Assembly (NCBI GenBank): GCA_050575255.1
Contig: JBNZDD010013451.1
Location: forward strand, 373,724-437,723
Direction of reading: 5' to 3'
DNA length: 64,000 nucleotides
Source of the DNA: Harriotta raleighana
Taxonomy: Eukaryota
A model generated the notes under the pieces. The model made no database searches and was not told the origin of the DNA. It saw nothing but the letters and a program-made list of their open reading frames with translations. Both the position numbers and the translations under genes were made by a program. This document shows positions 22,717 through 33,122 of this stretch, piece by piece (position 1 is the first letter of the stretch; each line of letters starts with the position of its first letter).

Positions 22717-23041
22717 GTCAGTCAAGCAGTACCGAAACACAAACGCGCGTTTATAAACAACAACAAGAATAATCATCATCACNGTCAGTCAAGCAGTACC
22801 GAAACACAAACGCGCGTTTATAAACAACAACAAGAATAATCATCATCACCCTTGCATTTGATGTAGGGCATTCCACGTCTTCCAGACGTCTCAAAATCGC
22901 CCACAAACGGCCAGTTCAATTCACTTTGCACTCCATTCCGTGAAGGGCTTCGAGACGTCGATAAGATGCGAAAAGCGCTAGGTCAAATGCGAGGATTGTG
23001 GTTGATATTTATTGCTCCTGTGTTCTCTCTCCCTCCCCCAG

Positions 23042-23181
23042 CATACTGGGATACCAGGAAGGGCAGCCAGCCAGTGGAGATGCCCGCCATTGAGCACTGT
23101 CACCGAGATCCCGTCTATAAGGTCATTTGGTTGCAGTCTAAGACGGGAACCGATTGTTTCTCCACATCCACTGACGGGCAG
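23042..23181 (+). CDS. DNAI2: DNAI2 coding exon 6
   Basis: CCCCAG| ... CAG|GTAACG; encodes [13 protein letters not shown]...[27 protein letters not shown]. Confidence 0.95.
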
Positions 23182-23414
23182 GTAACGGCAGAAGGAAACC
23201 CACTCACATTTTGAAGCCTTGGCCATTTTCCTGCCTCACAGGGACAGTTTGTCGTAGCGTAAGGCAACGTGCAGCACACGATTCATAGCTATCGGTTTAC
23301 GATCCAAACAATTCGTTGAGGTTTTTGCTGTGGCTAAATTATTAGTACCCAAACGGGATTATTTTGTGGGTGAATAGAGAATCCAGCAGGAAAAGTGCAC
23401 CTTGTATGAGAGGG

Positions 23415-23755
23415 ATTATTAATAATAATAATGGGAATTAATCTTTGCATGTTATGTAGCGCTTTTCACATCTTCTAGACTTCTCAAAGCGCCTCACGGG
23501 ATATCCCGTAAAGTGAATTGACTGTATATTTGTGGGCGAAACGCAGCAGCCAATTACGCACAGCAGCGTCCCCCACAAACAGTCGCGGCTTGAAATGATC
23601 AATTTATTATACGTTTTTTGGAGGAGGGATTATTATTAGGTGTGTGTGAGTGTGTGTGTGTGCGTGTGCGTGTGAGTGTGAGTGTGAGAAGTAAGGAAAC
23701 TTGCCCAAGATTTCGACCTGATCTGACCTGCCTGAATTCGAGCACACAGGACTCT
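23415..23755 (-). mobile_element. SINE, near full length
   Basis: Tail, body, internal (TG)n and AGTAAGGAAACTTGCCCAAG...TTCGAGCACACAGG. Confidence 0.85.
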
Positions 23756-23916
23756 GTATTAGGCTGTGGTCTGGTCTGTGTTACCCCACCCCCACCCCTC
23801 CCCCCCCACCCCCGCCACCAGCTCAGTTCCGCAGCCATCAGTGTCAAAGACTTTGGGACGTCCTCCCAATACAAGAGGCAGTACAGCACAGTGCATCAAT
23901 GTAGATTTTACTCCAG

Positions 23917-24039
23917 GTGCTGTGGTGGGACATCCGGAAAATGAGTGAACCCGTGGAGAGACTAATCCTGGATACCTCCAAGAAAGAGGATATGGACAAC
24001 GCACTGGGAGGCATCTCGCTGGAGTTCGAAACCACCATG
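23917..24039 (+). CDS. DNAI2: DNAI2 coding exon 7
   Basis: CTCCAG| ... ATG|GTAATG; encodes [41 protein letters not shown]. Confidence 0.95.
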
Positions 24040-24084
24040 GTAATGATTCAGGCACCTTGGGTTGGAGCTGGATATTAATAATAC

Positions 24085-24326
24085 TATTTATTCAAATTAT
24101 AACAATGATACCCCTTGCGTTTGATGTAGCGCTTTTCACGCCTTCTAGACGTCTCAAAGCGCTTCACAGAATGTACCGGAAAGTGAATTGGCTGCGTGTT
24201 TTGTGGGCCAAAACGTGGCAGCCAATTGCACACAGCAGCGTTCCCCCACACAGTGTCGTGAATTGAAATGATCAATTTTTCTTATTGTGTTGTTTTTTGG
24301 AGGGATTATTATTAGGCGCGCACACG

Positions 24327-24359
<33 letters not shown>

Positions 24360-24450
24360 GCGCGTGCGTGTGTGTGTGGAGTAAGGAAGCTTGCCCAAGA
24401 TTTTGCTCCGACCAGCCTGGATTCGAACACAGGTCTCTCACGCTTGTAAG
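24085..24450 (-). mobile_element. SINE, near full length
   Basis: Same family; CCTGGATTCGAACACAGGTCTCTCACGCTTGTAAGG head. Confidence 0.85.
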
Positions 24451-24721
24451 GTATCCAAGCGATAATGAGCACAAGAGGTACTTCGAGAACTTGAATCCGT
24501 CCTCAGCCCTCTAGGACGGCCAAAAGGTACAAGCCAACTTTGCCTTGTGTAGAGAGTCTAGCGAGAAAGCGTTGAGTTGGAAGACATCCTTGTAAAAAAA
24601 ATAAAAAAAATAACAATTCGTTTGAAACTCCTGTCAATGGGTCAATGGATTCAGGGCATTCAATGTAGTTTTGTGGTTTGGATTCCGCTGCCCCCACTGA
24701 AACCGTGCGTTCCTTCGACAG

Positions 24722-24945
24722 CCAACCAAATTCATGGTGGGGACCGAGGCGGGACTGATCATCCTGGGGAACCGGAAGGCGAAAACGCCGTCCGAGAAGA
24801 TCATGGGCATCTTCTCCGGGCACCAAGGGCCAGTCTACGCCCTCCAGAGGAACCCTTTCTTCCCAAAGAACTTCCTGTCCATCGGCGACTGGACGGCTCG
24901 GATCTGGTGCGAGGATATCAAGGATGCGTCCATCCTGTGCACCAA
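24722..24945 (+). CDS. DNAI2: DNAI2 coding exon 8
   Basis: GACAG| ... AA|GTGAGT; encodes [11 protein letters not shown]...[30 protein letters not shown]... Confidence 0.95.
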
Positions 24946-24974
24946 GTGAGTCCAGCAGAGACGGGTTCCTTGGC

Positions 24975-25097
24975 TCTGGCCCACAAATGTATCCGGCAGT
25001 CGATCCACTTTCCGGTACATATTCTGGGAAGCGCTTTGAGACGGCGGTAAGATGTGAGAAGCCGCTATATCAAATGCAAGGATTATTATTATTATTA
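24975..25097 (+). mobile_element. SINE 3' fragment
   Basis: GCCCACAAATG...AAGCGCTTTGAGACG...ATCAAATGCAAGGATTATTATT. Confidence 0.8.
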
Positions 25098-26285
25098 TCT
25101 CCCCACACCCCCACCCAACACAGGGTAAGAAGACGTCAAAGGGCGGATCTGGCTTGTTTACTGGCGGAGCAATTCAGGGCTGATCGAAACGTACGCGTGG
25201 GTGGAGGTCGGGAACTTTTGGTGCGAGTGCGAGAACCAGCCATGGCCACCGGGGGGCGGTGGACAATCACATTGCCGGGCCGGCTCCCTGCTGCTGCTCC
25301 CGTCGGTTCCGCAGTCACAAACGTACNNNNNNNNNNNNNNNNNNNNNNNNNCCGCCCCCCCCCCCCCCTCCCCCCACCCCCCCCCCCCCCCCCCCCCCCC
25401 ACCATCCCCACACGAAAAAAAATGAGTTAGGTTCATAAGCCGGAATTATCCGGCCCGAAAGCCGGAATTATTTTTCTTGGCGGCGATTTCATTCCCAGCA
25501 ATTTTTATTCTTTATGGATTATTTTTTTCCCCCCAGGGACGGGTTACTGTCAGGCGCGTGCGTGTGTCTGTGGGCGCGCGTGTGTGTGGAGTGAGGAGAA
25601 CTCGCCCAAGGTTTTCGCCCCGATCCGCCTGGATTCGGACACTCTCGTGCTTGAAAGGCACGGTGCCCTTCACCATTGAGCTNCCGGGGGGGGGGGGGGG
25701 GGAGTGGGGGAGGGGTGGGAGTGGGGTGGGGGAGGGGGAAGGGGCGGGGGAAGTTTCCGTTTCGGTTTGCGTTCGTTTCGCAATCAAAACTCGCGCGGAG
25801 AGAGAGAGAGAGAGAGNGGGAAGGGTGGGAGTGGGGGGGGGGGAGTTTCCGTTTTGGTTTGCGTTCGTTTCGCAATCAAAACTCGCGCAGAGAGAGAGAG
25901 AGAGAGCGCGTACGTACGAGCCGTGTTGTGGCTTTTAAAGCACTCTCTGACCGGGGTCCCAAACTCGGGCGGAAGCTTCGAAGGGTTAATCAGCTCGACC
26001 CGTTTCTGATTCCCGTCGTTCCCATGGTGTCACTTTACGCCTCTGAAATCCCCGGCGGTTGTTTTTTTTGTTTGCGCTCCGAACAATGCCGACCCACTCA
26101 GCAATTCAATCGCAGGCAAAGAGGTGCCTGGGTGTTCGGTTGCACATTCAGTCCTCTCGCTCAAACGTGTCGTTGTGTTGTTGCGTCGTCGGGTGGAAAA
26201 AAAACAGGGCAGAAGAGGTGACACAGAATTATCCCGAATCGGGTAGAATCTCCGGCAAGTTTTTAGCTTTGACTAAAAGTTTGGG

Positions 26286-26565
26286 AGCTCGGTGGTTAGA
26301 GCGCTCGCCTTCCAACCCGTGTTTCGAATCCACGCCGTCTCAGGGCGAAACCTTGGGCAAGTTTTCCTTACTCCTCTCGCGTACACACGCACCTAATAAT
26401 AATCCGTCCAACAAAAAAAATAACTTTCAGAAATTGATCATCTTCAATCTGTTTGTGGGGGGGACGTTGCTGAGCGCAATTGTCTGCCGCGTTTCGCCCA
26501 CAGATATACAGTCAATTCCCTTTACTGTATATTCTATATGAGACACAACTTCTGTATTATTATTG
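26286..26565 (+). mobile_element. SINE, tail partly deleted
   Basis: GCTCGGTGGTTAGAGCGCTCGCC head and GGCGAAACCTTGGGCAAG body. Confidence 0.8.
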
Positions 26566-26890
26566 TTATGGTCCACTGAAGCCTCCCTCCACTCAGCAGG
26601 CTCCGGCCTGCTCCACCCACCATCCCTTGCCTGGCCTGACCCACCATCAGCAGTCGGGCCTTCAGCCTCTGTCCCCCACTCTTTCGAAATGTATCACCTC
26701 ACTACCTTACTCCCTTCAAGACCTGCTTCTTCGACTGCGACTTCGTTTACCCTCCTAACCCCATCCTCCCTTCCCTGCCCTCCATCCCCCCTGAACCCAA
26801 TCCCCTCGCTGGGTCCAAATCCCTGACCGTTCAGTGTCTTGGAACGTCCTCCTGATGTGAAAGGCTCTGTACAAGTGCAAATGGTTGTGG
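26565..26890 (+). mobile_element. L2 LINE 3' fragment
   Basis: AGCAGTCGGGCCTTCAGCCTCTGT...CCTTCAAGACCTGCTTCTTCGA, pyrimidine-rich 3'UTR and tail GGAACGTCCTCCTGATGTGAAAGG. Confidence 0.65.
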
Positions 26891-27125
26891 ATGAAGCTTC
26901 CAGCCATCTTAATCCCTCCGGCCCACTATTCTATCCTCCCTCTTGTCGCTTCTAAGTTCTCTTGTGATGAGATCATGGTATCATTTTGCTATCAATCAGT
27001 TACCTGCACTCAGCTATAAATTGAGGATTTGCTTGCTGCTACCCAGGCAGGAGAGAAAGACTTTCAGAATAAATACAGGTTTCTATGTTACTCTGAAAGC
27101 ACACCCATACACACATAAATACACA

Positions 27126-27430
27126 TAATAATAAGAATAATAAACCTTGTATTTGATATACGTTTTTACGTTTTCTAGATGTCTCAAAGGGCTTCACAGA
27201 ATATACTGTAAAGTGAATGGACTGTATGTTTTCTTGGGGGCGAAATGAGGCAGCCAATTGCACACAGCAGCGTCCCCCACAAACAGCCGTGGATTGAAAT
27301 GATTATTATTAGGTGTGTGTGTGTGTGTGTAGAGTAAGGAAACTTGCCCAAGGTTTCGCCCTGACCTGACCTGCCTGGATTTGAACACAGATCACACCCT
27401 TGTAAGGCGAGCGCTCTGACCACCGAGCTC
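27126..27430 (-). mobile_element. SINE, near full length
   Basis: Same family motifs on the minus strand. Confidence 0.85.
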
Positions 27431-28925
27431 CACATGCACACGCATAAGTTCTGTGTTTCAAGCAGTAGTCGAGCTCGACGGATGTCGAAGTGTTGCACAT
27501 CTCTCTTGGAGGGACAGCAAAAGGCACGACTTTAGATGTTCAGCGGAGAGTCCGATTCCAAAAGCTGAAGGCCACTGCTCACCACCGTCTCAGTTTGAAG
27601 ATAAGGAAACGTCTGTGGAGCAGTCAGTCAGTCAGTGTCTCTTTCAGTCCTCGGGAGTTGTATATTTGTCCGATCCTACACTTCTGCATTGCACATTTGT
27701 CCAGCGCCTTGGGACGTCCTCCTGACGTGAAACGCGCTCTATAAGTGTAATTTTGTTGTTGTTGTTGTTGTATTTGTCCAGCCAGTAGTATTGTGTTCTG
27801 TATCAATTTGCTTCAAATGAGGGCGCAGACACTTTAAAAGAAAAAAAAAACACGGTGGAGGTGGGGGGGATTGGGGGGGGGTAACGTTACATGAGGCGAT
27901 TGCCTGGATTGCTTGGTCATTTTGACCTGCGTCTGCCTCACTGATCCAGAGCAACTTTTAGGGAGCCCCCCCCCCCCCCCCCCCCAAGAGAGTTGAGATG
28001 CGGTGAGCAGAAATTGCTGCCTTGCTGCCTCGAGAAGCAGAAACTCTTTGGGTTGATCGGTGTGAATTCTCTCCCTGTGTTTTGGCGAAGAGCGACAGAT
28101 TCGCCCGAGCTCTTGCTGATGGGGTTGACATTGCCANACTGATCCAGAGCAACTTTTAGGGAGCCCCCAGCCCCCCCCCCCCCAAGAGAGTTGAGATGCG
28201 GTGAGCAGAAATTGCTGCCTTGCTGCCTCGAGAAGCAGAAACTCTTTGGGTTGATCGGTGTGAATTCTCTCCCTGTGTTTTTTGGCGAAGAGCGACAGAT
28301 TCGCCGGAGCTCTTGCTGATGGGGTTGACATTGCCAAACCCGGGCTTTGGAAACACGAGGTGAATTGTGTCATCCAGACGAGGGCGAGCGAGCGAATGTT
28401 TTTTTTTTTTTTTGNGTGAAAGGCGCTATATAAATATAATATATAAAATAAAATAAATAAATAAATAAAACACGAGGTGAATTGTGTCATCCAGTCGAGG
28501 GCGAGCGAGCGAATGTTTTTTTTTGTGTGTTTTTTTTTTTCTTTTCTTTTTCCTTTTTATCCCCGGTCTGAGATACAAGCGAGAGATTCCTGGTATTGAG
28601 CTGAACCGGGCATTTTGCACAGACATTTTGCGTCAGTTTCCCGCACTGTCTGCACAGCTCGATGAGAACTGAAAGCTCGATTGAAACGAATCTGGAGTTT
28701 TAGGTGAGACGATTCGAAAAGAGGAATTTCTGTCTCTTTTTAAATTAGAGCCACGGGATCTTTTACATCCACCTCCACGTGGGGGGTGGTGGGGGGGGAG
28801 GGGGTGGGGGTGGGGGGACAGAACTAATAACCGGCAGAGTATTAGGGCCAAGATGTTGCAGTTCAGAGCAAGTTGCTCGGCTCTGAGTGAGATCAAGCTC
28901 GTGATATCGTCATTTGATGGCAATA

Positions 28926-29094
28926 GAAATTTGATAGATTCCTTGTGGATAAAGGGATTAAGGGATATGGGGATAAGGCGGGGGCAGGTGGAGTTAGATT
29001 AGAGGGTCAGCCATGATCTTATTGAATGGCGGGGCAGGCTTGAGGGTCTGACTGGCCTACTCCTGCTCCTTATTCTAATGTTCTTATGTTCTAA
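28926..29094 (+). mobile_element. CR1-clade LINE 3' end
   Basis: AAGGGATTAAGGGATATGGGG...CAGCCATGATCTTATTGAATGGCGGGGCAGGCTTGAGGG...GGCCTACTCCTGCTCCT plus a (TTCTAATG)-like octamer tail, typical of shark CR1 ends. Confidence 0.8.
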
Positions 29095-29440
29095 CCCTTG
29101 GCTGGGTTATTTGAGGGAGGTCACAGCTTATGATAAACATAATCGTGACTTGATGCCTCGGGTATTTGATGTAGTTGCAAAGTGTTGCTCTGGAAACCTA
29201 CCTGTGCTACTGTAGTGGGAGAACCTGGGTCCAAATGCCAACAGAAGTGAAACCATATCTGCTGATGNAACCTGGGTCCAAATGCCAACAGAAGTGAAAC
29301 CATATCTACTGATGACTCTGCCTGTTACACTCTCCGCCCAGCGCCCTGGGACGTCCCCTCGATGTGAAAGGTGCTCTACAGATGTAATGCTATCGTGGGT
29401 GTCGCTGCTGTTAACTGTCCACATACGCAATGTGTTTCAG

Positions 29441-29576
29441 GTATCACTTGTCCAACCTGACCGATGGCTGTTGGAGCACGATGAAGGCTTCTGTCTTCTT
29501 CACAACTAAAATGGACGGGACCCTTGACGTATGGGACTTGTCTTTCAAGCACAACGATCCCACCCTCAGCATTAAG
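29441..29576 (+). CDS. DNAI2: DNAI2 coding exon 9
   Basis: TTTCAG| ... AAG|GTACGT; encodes YHLSNLTDGCWSTMKASVFFTTKMDGTLDVWDLSFKHNDPTLSIK. Confidence 0.95.
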
Positions 29577-30698
29577 GTACGTTGATTGATTGATGGATTG
29601 ATTGGTTTCATTGTTATTATCACTGTGTTGACAAACCTACTATGAATCAGACGCGTCATAATAATACTGTAGTAAGAATCCTTGTGCAATATGTGTTAAA
29701 GCGCCTTGCCACATCTGCGAGATGTATCTCAAAGGCCTTCATAGAATAAACTATAAAAAGGGAATTGACAGAATGTTTAGTGCAGGCGAAACATGCATTT
29801 CCCCCGATGTCTTCAGAAGCGATTCTGGATACATCTCACATACAGATGAGCATAAAAGACAGTTTATATCGATGAATCCGAACTAATCTTATGCGTTTTA
29901 CGAGCGTAAAACGTTTGAATGGCCCAATGGACACCCGTCAGTCAAATATAAACCATAACTTTGTCTATTGATGTAAACCCACAAACGCTGAGCCCCTTTC
30001 CTCTGAACTAAAAAGCAATTGAGCTGTTCTTGATGCTTCTTGGACAAGGGAGGAAGCAGAGCCCATTCCTTTTGCTGCAGAATCACCAGTGTCACTTCTC
30101 GCGCAGTACCTCACGGGGATTTGTCTTGTTTTGTGGTTTTGTACCTAATTAACGAGACGATTCTGAGCTCCGCAGTACGCGAGTCCGCCTTGCTTTAACG
30201 AGTTCCACGGGGATTATTTGAACAAGCAAAGTGTTACTTACTTGAGCGTGCTTCGATTTTTCTACCCCCCCACAATTTATTTTACTAAAAGCTCCTCGTT
30301 TTTCCTTCTGCCCGGGTACAGAGCAATGCCATAACAGTAATAAATGCTAATAAATCGATGTAACACCTTTCACATCAGGAGAACATCTCTCCCAAGCATT
30401 TGACCTACTTTAAGTAGGTCAGGCCTTGAAAATACTGAATGTACGTCACTCGCTGGCACTTTCTCCCCCGGGGCAATGTACTCATCTGTGAGGCTTGCTA
30501 GTAAGTTCTTTTCCCCACTTTTGAATCGTTTCTGTGCCTGGGGAGGTTGAGCCAGGCTGACCAGAGTCCGCCATTGCCAACCCATTAGTGTGGGCGGTCG
30601 GGAATACGCAAGGCGAGAAAGAGGCTGCCTCAACTTGGGAACCAACCGAAGGCCAAAAGCCTCTTAGAAAAGGGTCTAGATCTCTCTGCTTTCCCCAG

Positions 30699-30845
30699 GT
30701 GTGTGACGATCCTCTCTACAGCATTCGCATGCAGGACAACGGGCAGTACATTGTGTGTGGGTCTCATGATGGGTCAGCCACCCTCCTGGAGCTCTCTGCA
30801 GGACTCTATACGCTGGATAAGTATGAAAAGAGTCTGGCCGTGGCA
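30699..30845 (+). CDS. DNAI2: DNAI2 coding exon 10
   Basis: CCCCAG| ... GCA|GTAAGT; encodes VCDDPLYSIRMQDNGQYIVCGSHDGSATLLELSAGLYTLDKYEKSLAVA. Confidence 0.94.
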
Positions 30846-31516
30846 GTAAGTCCTCCAGGAACCCATTGGGTTATTGGGCTCGAGGGGAGATGGGTGGGGG
30901 AGATGGGTGGTGTTTGAATCCCGATGCATTTGATGAAGGTGGATTTTCCATTGGCGCGAGAGAGAGAGAGAGATAAAGAGCGAGACAGAGAGAGAGAGAG
31001 AGAGAGCGATTTCAGGACCAGTAATCAGAAAAACTTTCTTTACCCAGAGGGTAATTAACAGCCTGGACAGGGATGAAACTGAGAAACGAGCGTAGTTAGG
31101 CCGCGATGCTGGACTCGTTCACGAGTGTTGGGAAAGTCAAAGAGACACAGAAGACACGCAAGAGAGGAAGAGTGAGGGAGATTGAGACGGAGGCAGAAAA
31201 GCGATTGTGCATTATGGACAATCGCCTCAAAAGCATCCAGGTTCCTTTCACTGATGTAAATGCATTGCGATAAAAAAATATTATTTAAAAAATATATATA
31301 TATATATTTGTGGTCAAATAATAATAATAATCCTTGCATTTGATATTGTCGCTTTTCACATCTTATCGACGTCCCAAAGCGCTTCACGGAATGTCACTGT
31401 AAGGCGAAGTGACTGTGCATTTATTTGTGGGCGGAAACGCGCGACAAATTAAGATTTTAAAAACCTGGATCGCGGTGCCTGGCTGCGGAAGGAAACAAAA
31501 CAAACCTATTTTGCTC

Positions 31517-31555
<39 letters not shown>

Positions 31556-31566
31556 GCGGGCCTCAG

Positions 31567-31794
31567 ATGTACGACCGGGAAACGAAGAGGGAGAAGATCC
31601 TGGAGTCCCGTCACCGCGAGATGCGCTTGAAGGAGCGCACCAAGACTGAAGGGAAGGAAGAAGAGCAACGGGGGGGCACAGGGGAGCTGGCCTCCCAGAG
31701 GGAAATCGAGCAAGTGGAGCAGGATTTCTTCGACAGCGTCGAGACCGAGAAGAAGAAAGTAGCAAAGCAAAAGGCCAAGCAGGCGGCCGCCCAG
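31567..31794 (+). CDS. DNAI2: DNAI2 coding exon 11 (C-terminal coiled coil)
   Basis: (TC)n tract then CTCAG|; encodes MYDRETKREKILESRHREMRLKE...KQAAAQ; CAG|GTGAGT donor. Confidence 0.93.
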
Positions 31795-32384
31795 GTGAGT
31801 GGGACACAACCTGTCAACTTTGCCCCTAGTTGTTGGGTGAACAGTTCAGTCGATCCACTGTTTGTTCGATGGGGGTCGATATCGCCGGAGAACGCTGTCC
31901 CAACAGAGTACGTACCTTCACGCGGCGGGTTTTGGCAACTCGACGTCCGGGTGGTGTCAAGGTCTCTTTGGCGTTTTAGATGTTGCGGATATTGTTATAA
32001 TTATTATTTGTTGTTGTGATTGGGGTTGGGCCCACAGCAGTCTTCTCTTGTTTGTCCCATCTCTGCTTTGGGGCAAGCAATTCTCTCCGCTGTGTCATGG
32101 CTCCAAAGAAAGACATCAACAACAACAACAACAACAGTAAATTACATTTGCACAGCGCCTTTCGGGGTGGAGGGTGGGGGGGCGTTCCAAGACACTGTTC
32201 AGTCAGGGTTTTGGGACCAGGGGTGGGGGGAGGGGATTGCCATCAGTAGGGATAGAGTAGGGATAGATAACACGAAGGGTTGGGGGGTAGGAGGGAGGGT
32301 GAGCGAAGGCAAAGGTTATGACATGAAATGAAATGCCTCTTCAGTCGCGGTGGTTTGAATAACGGCCCTTGTTTCGCTCTGTAG

Positions 32385-32435
32385 TTCCACGACAGGAATA
32401 TCCTGATGAAGCACAGCGACAATGATGACATTGAC
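32385..32435 (+). CDS. DNAI2: Tentative DNAI2 coding exon 12
   Basis: CTGTAG| ... GAC|GTAAGT; encodes FHDRNILMKHSDNDDID in frame; no recognisable homology; a competing acceptor lies at 32395. Confidence 0.5.
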
Positions 32436-32990
32436 GTAAGTATAGAGGGCCAGGGGCAAACCACTTTGTTTCCTAAGGCGAAATAAAGTAAGACACAGTC
32501 ACAAAACAACGTCCTGGAAACAGGGAGGTCCAAATATCGACCAGTTTCTCAGGAGCGCTCAGAGTTGGGGCCCGGGGGCTGGTGATGTAAATCCTCATCC
32601 GTTTTCACAGCGGAGAGAATCTGCTTTGCATTCTGCCCTCCTTACCCACCGCTGCCACCGGAGCCTGTTCGAGTCAATCTCTAAGAGAGCGACACCGAAG
32701 GTTGAAAACAAAGGGTAACAGGTCGGGAGTTATGAATGAGATCCCCCAAAAATTTATTTCCGCCGTAGTATTGTAGAATACAGTCTCTGTCGTTTAGTCT
32801 TTGCGAAAATTTTGCGTAGGCTGCCAGGTTCATTCTTGCTCGATGCGATCGGTGTTTGCAATAACGCAACAACAGATATTTAGATCTCAAGCACGATCCT
32901 TTCAAAATATGTTTTGTTTCAGATGTTGAAGATCGAAAAGACTGCAGTTCCTTCCGTACTGAATAAAACAATTTATTTCTATTATTGCAG

Positions 32991-33026
32991 AAGGCAATGT
33001 CTAGGCGGACAGTACCTCGAAGTTAG
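32991..33026 (+). CDS. DNAI2: Tentative DNAI2 terminal coding exon
   Basis: T-rich tract then TTGCAG|; encodes KAMSRRTVPRS-TAG; AATAAA at 33117; gives ~603 aa in total, close to the recalled human length. Confidence 0.45.
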   Translation, partial: KAMSRRTVPRS

Positions 33027-33116
33027 GCACTGCCACGTGGACATTAAGCGAGCCCAGGACTGTGATTTTCGTGCAGTGTTTGATGTGTTTGGAGTTTGGA
33101 GTCTCATTCATTTTGC

Positions 33117-33122
33117 AATAAA
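33117..33122 (+). terminator. Likely DNAI2 polyadenylation signal
   Basis: AATAAA followed by GTTTTGTTGTATTTGCGTGGTTTT. Confidence 0.55.

Noticed and set aside
24577-26541. 150-180 aa ORFs on both strands
   Set aside because: They are alternative frames of DNAI2 exon 8, or run through SINEs, poly-G/C and N gaps, with no coherent protein signal.
27940-28520. Tandem ~195-bp duplication and 218-aa minus-strand ORF
   Set aside because: The copies flank n characters (28137, 28414) and differ mainly in homopolymer length, indicating artefact or allelic overlap. No recognisable protein.
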